From an uncultured Collinsella sp. (GTDB lineage: Bacteria > Actinomycetota > Coriobacteriia > Coriobacteriales > Coriobacteriaceae), in the NCBI GenBank assembly GCA_902470915.1, contig CABRIB010000001.1, positions 551 through 64,550 of the forward strand: a stretch of DNA of 64,000 bases. Direction: 5' to 3'. Below the pieces are notes generated by a model. That model saw only the letters and a list, made by a program, of their open reading frames with translations. It made no database searches and was not told the DNA's origin. The translations under genes were made by a program, and so were the position numbers. The first letter of the stretch is position 1. The number at the start of each line of letters is the position of its first letter. Shown here piece after piece: positions 37,083-43,500 of the stretch.

Positions 37083-37892
37083 CTACTGGGGCTGCTTGCC
37101 GATGTAAGCCAGAATGCCGCCGTCGACGTAGAGAATGTGGCCGTTGACGAAGTTCGAAGCGTCGGAGGCCAAGAACACGGCGGGGCCCTTCAGGTCCTCG
37201 GGCGTGCCCCAGCGAGCGGCCGGGGTCTTGGCGATGATGAACTGGTCAAACGGGTGACGGCTGCCATCGGGCTGCGTCTCGCGCAGCGGCGCGGTCTGCG
37301 GCGTGGCGATATAGCCAGGCCCAATGCCGTTGCACTGGATGTTGGCCTCGCCAAACTCGGAGCAGATGTTCTTGGTGAGCATCTTCAGGCCACCCTTGGC
37401 GGCAGCGTAGCCGGCGATGGTCTCGCGGCCAAGCTCGCTCATCATCGAGCAGATGTTGATGATCTTGCCGTGACCCTTGGCGATCATGCCGGGCAGGCAG
37501 GCCTTGGAGACGATGAACGGGGCGTTAAGGTCGATGTCGACGACGCGACGGAAGTCCTCGGCGCTCATGTCGAGCATGGGGGTGCGCTGGATAACGCCGG
37601 CGTTGTTGACCAGGATGTCGGGCGTGGTGCCAAAATCGGCCTCGATCTTGGCGATGAGCTCGGCGACGACGGCCTCGTCGGTGACGTCGGCAACGTAGCC
37701 GTGAGCCTCAAAGCCCAGCTCGCGGTAGTGCTTCTCGGCCTCGGCGACCTTGTCGGCGTGACGTGCGTTAAAGGCGATCTTGGCGCCGGCCTCGCCGAGC
37801 GCCTCGGCCATGGCCATACCAATGCCATAGGTGGCGCCGGTCACGAGCGCGACCTTGCCATCCAGGCGGAAGCTGTCCATAAGATCAGACAT
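37083..37892 (-). CDS. kduD: 2-dehydro-3-deoxy-D-gluconate 5-dehydrogenase-type SDR (KduD/DhuD; often annotated gluconate 5-dehydrogenase)
   Basis: SDR motifs TGATYGIG, NNAG and YAAAKGG. ATG 37892 follows AAAGGA. Confidence 0.85.
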   Translation of the reverse strand: MSDLMDSFRLDGKVALVTGATYGIGMAMAEALGEAGAKIAFNARHADKVAEAEKHYRELGFEAHGYVADVTDEAVVAELIAKIEADFGTTPDILVNNAGVIQRTPMLDMSAEDFRRVVDIDLNAPFIVSKACLPGMIAKGHGKIINICSMMSELGRETIAGYAAAKGGLKMLTKNICSEFGEANIQCNGIGPGYIATPQTAPLRETQPDGSRHPFDQFIIAKTPAARWGTPEDLKGPAVFLASDASNFVNGHILYVDGGILAYIGKQPQ

Positions 37893-37998
37893 AGCGATCC
37901 TTTCAAAAGAAACGTTCATCTATATAAGTCTTGCTTCTAATACAAGCTCAGTATAGGAGAAGTGAAGGAATTAACGCCCCTATTCTCCTAAAAATAGG

Positions 37999-38010
37999 TG
38001 AACGTTCACT
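37999..38010. promoter_or_regulatory. GTGAACGTTCAC operator upstream of kduD
   Basis: Perfect 12-mer. It is flanked by GGTGAACGG (38018-38026), and a degenerate site GAAACGTTCATC lies at 37909-37920, next to the RBS. Confidence 0.6.
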
Positions 38011-38051
38011 TTTAAAAGGTGAACGGTTGTGGCTGATTGCCGCGACCCCTT

Positions 38052-38348
38052 CTATTCGTTTTTCGCCTGTACGCCTTCCGCGATCATGTTGCGGTTGTAG
38101 ACCAGGTGCAGATACATGGCATCGTGCGCGGCGGTGGGGTTGCGCGCCTCGATGGCGTCGGCCACGCCGCGGCGCGTGCGGATGGTCTCCTCGACGAGCT
38201 TTTTGCCCGTAACGTCGATAAAGAGGGGGACGGATGCCTTGAGCACGCCCATCAGACGGGGAACGACGAGGTTTCCGCCATTCAGGGTGGCTACATGGAG
38301 TAGCGCCCGTACGCATCGAATTTCTCCTCTCATAGATGCGTGGCACAA
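38052..38348 (-). pseudogene. Remnant of a GntR/FadR-family regulator (C-terminal FCD-domain fragment only)
   Basis: ...LHVATLNGGNLVVPRL...RRGVADAIEARNPTAAHDAMYLHLVYN matches the second half of an FCD domain. No wHTH-coding sequence lies upstream; the frame runs into a hairpin and an AT-rich repeat region. Confidence 0.55.
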
Positions 38349-38380
38349 AGAGCCCCGAGTTCATACGAGCTCGGGGCTCT

Positions 38381-38540
38381 TTTCGTCTGGATTGCAGACG
38401 TATCGCCAGACGAAAGTGTGTTACGTCTGGCGCAAAACCGTACGAAAACGCAATTTGCGTCTTAAATCAGGACGCAAATCAAGACGAAAACCGTTTACGT
38501 CTGGCTTAAATCCGTACGCAAACGGTTTTCGTCTTGCAGG
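38381..38540. repeat. Cluster of inverted and direct repeats built on ACGTCTGG / CCAGACGAAA and CGTACG(A/C)AAACG
   Basis: TTTCGTCTGG (38381-38390) pairs with CCAGACGAAA (38406-38415). The direct repeat TTACGTCTGGC-N5-A(A/T)CCGTACG(A/C)AAACG occurs at 38421-38452 and 38496-38525. A further inverted repeat is AGACGAAAACCGTTT...AAACGGTTTTCGTCT. Confidence 0.75.
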
Positions 38541-38553
38541 GCAGTTGCCGCTT

Positions 38554-39645
38554 CTACAGTTCAGCTTCCAGTTCGGCTTTGTGTTCGTTGAGGTAGTCGC
38601 GCATGTAGGGGATGGCAAATGAGACCTTGCCGTACGAGGGCGCCTCAATGATCGACTCTCTCAGCAGACGACTGCGGATGGAACTTACCTGTTGAGGTGT
38701 CTTGTTTAAGTCATCGGCAACCATGCTGGTCGAGCTCGTCTGCCCTAAGGACGCCATGCTCAGCAGATAAGCGATGCACGTGGGCGGAATGCGCTGCAGC
38801 GCGGGCTCAATCACCATTGCGCAGAAGCGTTCGCGTGCTGTTGCGATGCCTCGCTTTGCCTCTTCCTCTCCAATTACAGTTGTATGGGCGCGTCGTGCCA
38901 GTTGCCATGCGTAATATCCAACGAGCTGAATCATAAAGGGGTAGCCTTGCGTTGCCTCGGCAAGTTGGCCGGCAATACCTGGTTGCAGCTCCATGCCCGA
39001 TGCTTCAATGGTTTCTTCGAGGGAGTACGACACTTCGGTTACTGCCACAGCCTTCAGGTCAAAGGGGAGGGCACGGCGCAAAAACGTAAGTGTCTTTCCG
39101 TTGATGACGCTTTCTATCATCGAAGGCAGCCCCGCAAAAACAAAGGCGATATCAAGGTCTTCGCCGATAACCTGTTGAATCGCAATGGAGAGCGTTCGGA
39201 CCTCATCGAGCTCTGCGTCTTGAACCTCGTCGAGGGTGATGAGCAGGCCATTTCCATTCTTGGATATAGCCTGCCTCATGGCGTCGCGCAGCGATGGACC
39301 GATTCGCTCAATGTCTATGCTGCCGATGGATATGCCAGCTACGGTGGGCTCAAATCTGGCGTGTTTGGCCTGGAATTTGGGCTGCAGCTGCTCGAGAATG
39401 CGCTGACAAAGTCCTTCGGTTGCGACTTCTTTTATGACCGTCCAGCCACGGCTTTGCGCCAAACGTGAGCACTCGTCAAGGAGGACCGTCTTGCCCGTTC
39501 CGCGGACGCCGGCTATGCGCATAAGGCGCCCCGGGGCGCCAGGACCGTTGACGAGGCCTTCATTGAATTCCTCGAGGACATCTTCGCGGCCGATAATCGT
39601 GGGAGGTGTTTTGCCTGCTGTGGGCTTAAAAGGGTTTGTTTGCAT
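38554..39645 (-). CDS. AAA+ ATPase of the Orc1/Cdc6-like (archaeal ATPase) type with a C-terminal wHTH-like domain
   Basis: Walker A GVRGTGKT, Walker B LLITLDEVQ, and a C-terminal ~80 aa helix-rich region. ATG 39645 follows AAAGGTGA; GTG 39654 is an alternative start. Confidence 0.75.
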   Translation of the reverse strand: MQTNPFKPTAGKTPPTIIGREDVLEEFNEGLVNGPGAPGRLMRIAGVRGTGKTVLLDECSRLAQSRGWTVIKEVATEGLCQRILEQLQPKFQAKHARFEPTVAGISIGSIDIERIGPSLRDAMRQAISKNGNGLLITLDEVQDAELDEVRTLSIAIQQVIGEDLDIAFVFAGLPSMIESVINGKTLTFLRRALPFDLKAVAVTEVSYSLEETIEASGMELQPGIAGQLAEATQGYPFMIQLVGYYAWQLARRAHTTVIGEEEAKRGIATARERFCAMVIEPALQRIPPTCIAYLLSMASLGQTSSTSMVADDLNKTPQQVSSIRSRLLRESIIEAPSYGKVSFAIPYMRDYLNEHKAELEAEL

Positions 39646-39660
39646 GCGAGTCACCTTTGC

Positions 39661-39743
39661 TCAAGATATAGCAAGATATAGCAAAGTATAGCAACGTATA
39701 GCAAGATATAGCAAAGTATAGTGAGATATAGCAACGTATAGCG
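39661..39743. repeat. Eight tandem 10-bp repeats (GCAANNTATA on the + strand; TATANNTTGC on the gene strand), iteron-like
   Basis: tcaagatata gcaagatata gcaaagtata gcaacgtata gcaagatata gcaaagtata gtgagatata gcaacgtata. There is a higher-order 30-bp pattern. The array begins 16 bp upstream of the ATPase ATG. Confidence 0.9.
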
Positions 39744-39768
39744 CTGCTCGCGAGTTCTTGCGGTGGCG

Positions 39769-40449
39769 CTATTTTCCAAAGGCCACGCGGATAAAGCGCT
39801 GGGCGAAGAGCTTATTGGCGACGTTGATGACATGGCCCAGGAACAGTGCCGAGATGGCGGTCGTGACGCCAAAGCCGCCCAGGTTGTGCATAAAGACCAG
39901 CGACAGCGCGAGCGAGGCGGCGACGTGCGAGCAATCGAATACGACCTTCACATCGCCAAAGCGGCATTTGAGCTTTTCGGCAATGACCTGTACCAAGCCG
40001 TCGGGTGCGTTGGGAACGACGCCCATATTGACGACGAGGCTTACGCCAAACGCGGTGATGGCAAGCGAGAGCAGCATGGTTACGACCTGTGCCGGCAGCG
40101 CGGTGGGGTGCAGAGGGTTAACGTTCATAAAGAAATCGGTAAAGCCGCCGATCAGCGTTGAGAAAAAGAGCTCGAGCAAAATGCGCGGCTGAAACTCGCG
40201 GCGCAAGATGGCTGCCTGTGCGGCAATGTAGGCGACATAGGTCGCGGTAATCCAAAAGCCGAGCGTCTTGCCGGTGAGCATGGACAGCGTCGTGGCAAAA
40301 CAGGTAAGCGCTGCCACGCCTAGGCCCGACGCAGTCTGGATGCTCATGCCGAGGGCGAGCGTCGCGACGCCTGCTAAATACATCAACATCCTGATGACGG
40401 TATGGCACCAATCGATCTTCTCGCCATTCATAATGATGAGCGGTCGCAT
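39769..40449 (-). CDS. YczE-like polytopic membrane protein (uncharacterised family)
   Basis: About 226 aa with 5-6 TM helices (LMYLAGVATLALGMSIQTASGLG...). ATG 40449 follows GAAAGGA. Confidence 0.7.
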   Translation of the reverse strand: MRPLIIMNGEKIDWCHTVIRMLMYLAGVATLALGMSIQTASGLGVAALTCFATTLSMLTGKTLGFWITATYVAYIAAQAAILRREFQPRILLELFFSTLIGGFTDFFMNVNPLHPTALPAQVVTMLLSLAITAFGVSLVVNMGVVPNAPDGLVQVIAEKLKCRFGDVKVVFDCSHVAASLALSLVFMHNLGGFGVTTAISALFLGHVINVANKLFAQRFIRVAFGK

Positions 40450-40481
40450 GCTGCTACCCGTCCTTTCGGTTGTGAAGAAAA

Positions 40482-40617
40482 GGCTGACCTGGGCCGGCAA
40501 AAGAGGGTTATCGGAGGCACTGCTGTAAAAGCAGAAAAGCCGGCCCCACGGTCAGTCGTCTAGGAAATGTCTCGCTGTGCCGGAATGGGACTGAAGGGCC
40601 AACGAGACGGGAGGAAA
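40482..40617 (-). ncRNA. Candidate structured RNA element, copy 1 (5' leader of the yczE-like gene)
   Basis: On the - strand it shares conserved single-stranded blocks with copy 2: TTCCTCC, AGTCCCATTCCGG, GACGACTG and AGCAGTGCCTCCGATAACC. Four helices are kept by different sequences in each copy. Confidence 0.45.
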
Positions 40618-40628
40618 GCAAATGACAT

Positions 40629-40688
40629 AGCGTGGGCAATAGGATGCCAAGATGGTAGGGTGCGTCTTAGCATCCTATTGCCCACGCT
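40629..40688 (-). promoter_or_regulatory. Leader hairpin: 19-bp perfect stem with a conserved 22-nt loop (copy 1)
   Basis: AGCGTGGGCAATAGGATGC - caagatggtagggtgcgtctta - GCATCCTATTGCCCACGCT (+ strand). The paralog is at 44579-44636. Confidence 0.6.
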
Positions 40689-40690
40689 TG

Positions 40691-40706
40691 ACGAAATCGG
40701 TTTCGT
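40691..40706. promoter_or_regulatory. LacI-type operator ACGAAATCGGTTTCGT (copy 1), with a TATACT -10 box at 40716-40721 on the - strand
   Basis: 16-mer identical to 44653-44668, with 7 of 8 dyad pairs and a central CG. It lies 9 nt downstream of the candidate -10. Confidence 0.55.
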
Positions 40707-40759
40707 TTGAGCCTTAGTATACGCACGGGATTCTATTTGCAAAGAGAAAAATAATAAAA

Positions 40760-40775
40760 AGGTGAACGTTCACCT
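40760..40775. promoter_or_regulatory. AGGTGAACGTTCACCT operator in the yczE-like / HIT divergent region
   Basis: Perfect 16-bp palindrome identical to 18937-18952. Confidence 0.65.
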
Positions 40776-40939
40776 AATCGCAACAACTCGTTGGCTGTAT
40801 TATGACAAGGACATACTCGAAACCGATTTCGCAACGGTTAGAGAGTGCATTGTACGTTCGTCGTAGATTGCCGGGCAGCTTGGTCGCGCCCGCCGGTCGC
40901 ATTGCGGCGAACGCCTTCACCCGGATCGAAAGGATCACC

Positions 40940-41374
40940 ATGGAACAGCACACCGATTGCTCGTACTGCATGTGCGGGACCGACAACACGCTCGTCGATG
41001 CCTTTGGCATCCCCATGCTCGACCTGCCCGCCAGCAAGCTCATCTTGTTTAAGGAGCAGAGCCACAAGGGCCGCGTGATCGTGGCCTCCAAGCAGCACGT
41101 CGATGACATTTCCTGCATGTCCGAGGAGGACGCTGCCGCCTTTATGGCCGATGTCCGCCACGTCGCCGCCGCGCTGCACAAGGCGTTCAACCCCGACAAG
41201 ATCAACTTTGGCGCTTACGGCGACACCATGCATCACCTGCATGTGCATATCGTCCCCAAGTACAAGGACGACCCGTTTGAGTTTGGCGACGTGTTCGCCA
41301 TGAACCCCGGTCGCGTCACGCTCGAGCCGGCCCAATACGACGAGATCGCCCAAGCTATCATCGCCAACTTGTAA
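40940..41374 (+). CDS. HIT-family nucleotide hydrolase/transferase
   Basis: Histidine triad HHLHVHIVPK and an N-terminal CSYCMC motif. ATG 40940 follows GAAAGGA. Confidence 0.85.
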   Translation: MEQHTDCSYCMCGTDNTLVDAFGIPMLDLPASKLILFKEQSHKGRVIVASKQHVDDISCMSEEDAAAFMADVRHVAAALHKAFNPDKINFGAYGDTMHHLHVHIVPKYKDDPFEFGDVFAMNPGRVTLEPAQYDEIAQAIIANL

Positions 41375-41385
41375 AACCCCTTCGT

Positions 41386-41468
41386 CCCCCATAAGTTGCG
41401 GTGAAATACGGACTGTTTAGCTGCTCCAGTGGCGCCATCAGTCCCTATTTCACCGCAACTTATGGGGG
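41386..41468. repeat. Palindromic repeat, copy 3 (extended arms)
   Basis: CCCCCATAAGTTGCGGTGAAATACGGACTG...CAGTCCCTATTTCACCGCAACTTATGGGGG. Confidence 0.85.
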
Positions 41469-41532
41469 GAGCGGCGTTGCGATAGTATTACGTGTTGGTA
41501 TTCGACTAACCGAGGACATATCCGAGGGCTTT

Positions 41533-42225
41533 ATGGAACAGCACCAGCATTATCAGAGCCTGCAAGATCAGGCATACAACGCATTGCGCTCCAAGATCAT
41601 CTATGCCGAGCTCAAGCCCGGCACGCGCCTTTCGGCGATTGGTCTGGAAAAGGAGACGGGAATCGGGCGCACGCCCATTCGCGAGTCCTTTGTGCGCCTG
41701 CGCGAGCAAGAGCTGGTGGAAACGCGTCCCAAAAGCGGCACCTATGTCTCAAAAATCAGCATGGAGCGCGCCGAGAACGCCTGTTTCTTGCGCGAGAAAC
41801 TCGAGAGAAGTGTGCTCATTAAATGCTGCTCTGCCGCCACGCCCGAGCAAAAGCATCGGCTCGAGCAGATTCTTGCCGAGTCCGAGTCGCTCGACCACAG
41901 CGAAACGCGTCGCTTTTTTGACCTGGACAACCTGTTTCATGAGACATGTTTTGAGATTGCCGGCCGCCACATGTTGTGGGATTGGATGAAGAGCGTCAAC
42001 ACGCATTTCGAGCGATACAACTGGTTGCGTATGGTGTCGCAGGATCTGGACTGGGAGCCGATCCGTGGGCAACATCGCCGGATTCTTGAGGCCATTAAGA
42101 AGGGCGATACCGACACGGCGAGCTACCTGGCAGAGACGCACCTACATCTAATGCCCGAGGAGCAGGGCCCGGTTATCGCCTTGCATCCCGACTACTTTGA
42201 GCTGTCCAAAGACTCGGCAATCTAA
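41533..42225 (+). CDS. GntR/FadR-family transcriptional regulator (wHTH + FCD domain)
   Basis: wHTH (LSAIGLEKETGIGRTPIRESFVRLREQELVETRPKSGTYV) plus an FCD-type C-terminus (HRRILEAIKKGDTDTASYLAETHL). Confidence 0.85.
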   Translation: MEQHQHYQSLQDQAYNALRSKIIYAELKPGTRLSAIGLEKETGIGRTPIRESFVRLREQELVETRPKSGTYVSKISMERAENACFLREKLERSVLIKCCSAATPEQKHRLEQILAESESLDHSETRRFFDLDNLFHETCFEIAGRHMLWDWMKSVNTHFERYNWLRMVSQDLDWEPIRGQHRRILEAIKKGDTDTASYLAETHLHLMPEEQGPVIALHPDYFELSKDSAI

Positions 42226-42240
42226 TTCGTCCTCTTTATT

Positions 42241-42306
42241 AGTTGCGGTTAAATAGGGACTGTTTTGCGGCTTTGGCGGCGTAAGCAGTCCGTATTTCAC
42301 CGCAAG
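42241..42306. repeat. Palindromic repeat, copy 4 (opposite orientation)
   Basis: AGTTGCGGTTAAATAGGGACTG...CAGTCCGTATTTCACCGCAAGT. The arm variants are swapped relative to copies 1-3. Confidence 0.8.
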
Positions 42307-42604
42307 TGCGGGGGTGCAATCGGGGCATGAAAAGGCTGCGGCGCCGCTTGGAGGAAAAGACCGGAAGCAAGGGTCCATTCCTCCAGACGGCGCCGCAGCT
42401 GTTTTGGTGGACTGGATTATGTTGAGTCGGTTGATTGACCGGGAAAGCAAAGCGGCTCGGGGGCGTGTCGCTTCCGTCACGTTCTATCAGCATACAAGAC
42501 GGTTTTGGTTCTTGTTCGTGACGGAAACGGCGCGCTTCCGAGCCGCTTTAAAAGAAAGGGGGCGAGGTCTAGGACACGCCCCCTTTCACGATAGAGAGCT
42601 AAAC

Positions 42605-43246
42605 CTAGCCGCGGACCTTCTTGACGACGTCCATGGCCTCGCGGGCGATCTGCTCGACCTTGGAAAAGTCGCCGTCGGCGAACAGGGCCGGCTTGACCAT
42701 CCAGGTGCCACCACAGGCGATGATGGCGCTGGAGCTCAGGTACTCCTCGACGTTGGCGGTGCTCACGCCGCCGGTGGGCATAAAGCGATGACCGACAAAC
42801 GGAGCGGCGAGGGCCTTGATGGTGTTGAGGCCACCATACTGAGCCGCAGGGAAGAACTTGGTGACCTTGAGGCCCAGATTCTCGGCAGCAGTGACCTCGG
42901 AGGGGGTCACGGTGCCGGGAAGGACGGGCAGGTCGATGTCGATGCAGTGCTTCACGACGTCCTCGTTGTAACCCGGCGAGACGATGAACTTGGCACCGGC
43001 GGTGCGGGCCTGCTCAACCTGCTCGACGGTCAGGACAGTGCCGGCGCCGACGCACATCTCGGGCTCGGCCTCGGCCATAGCGGCGATGCACTCGGCGGCG
43101 CAGGCAGTGCGGAAGGTGACCTCGGCGGACTTCATGCCGGCTGCCATAAGGGCATGGGCGAGCGGTGCGGCGTCCTCGACCTTGTCGAGCACGACGACCG
43201 GCACGATGCCCAGGGATTCAAGCGTGGTGTAGAACTGATCGAACAT
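42605..43246 (-). CDS. eda: 2-dehydro-3-deoxyphosphogluconate (KDPG) aldolase
   Basis: Eda/KdgA TIM barrel (IVPVVVLDKVEDA, AEVTFRT, GAGTVL, KFFPA). ATG 43246 follows GAAAGGAA. Confidence 0.9.
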   Translation of the reverse strand: MFDQFYTTLESLGIVPVVVLDKVEDAAPLAHALMAAGMKSAEVTFRTACAAECIAAMAEAEPEMCVGAGTVLTVEQVEQARTAGAKFIVSPGYNEDVVKHCIDIDLPVLPGTVTPSEVTAAENLGLKVTKFFPAAQYGGLNTIKALAAPFVGHRFMPTGGVSTANVEEYLSSSAIIACGGTWMVKPALFADGDFSKVEQIAREAMDVVKKVRG

Positions 43247-43297
43247 AGTGTTCCTTTCGATGTGAGGCGCGCACGGGCGCGTGATTGCCAAAGAAGA

Positions 43298-43439
43298 TTG
43301 GCCATGAGCCGGTTCCGGATTGGTTATCGGAGGCACTGCTTGGGTCACAAGCAATTTCGGAACCGGCTACGAGGCCAGTCGTGAAGGAATGCCAGACAAA
43401 ACCGGAATGGGACTAAGTGGTTCTACCTGGCCGGAGGAA
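43298..43439 (-). ncRNA. Candidate structured RNA element, copy 2 (kdgK-eda intergenic)
   Basis: See 40482-40617. An extra hairpin GCGGGCCGCAG...CTGCAGCCCGC and a third CCCATTCCG motif lie just 5' of it on the - strand (43445-43497). Confidence 0.45.
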
Positions 43440-43500
43440 TCGGGGAGCGGGCTGCAGAGATATGGGTATGGAAAGCTGCGGCCCGCGGAATGGGGATGGC

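Larger units (their letters stand above)
38349..39760 (-). mobile_element. Putative ~1.4-kb inserted segment (lower GC) carrying an Orc/Cdc6-like ATPase, iteron-like repeats and an inverted-repeat cluster
   Basis: It sits where the 5' half of the gntR remnant should be. Composition is visibly AT-richer than the flanks. No transposase or integrase gene and no flanking direct repeats were found. Confidence 0.3.

Noticed and set aside
39661-39743. Possible CRISPR array or microsatellite artifact.
   Set aside because: The units are 10 bp with no spacers, so this is not CRISPR. It is reported as an iteron-like tandem repeat.
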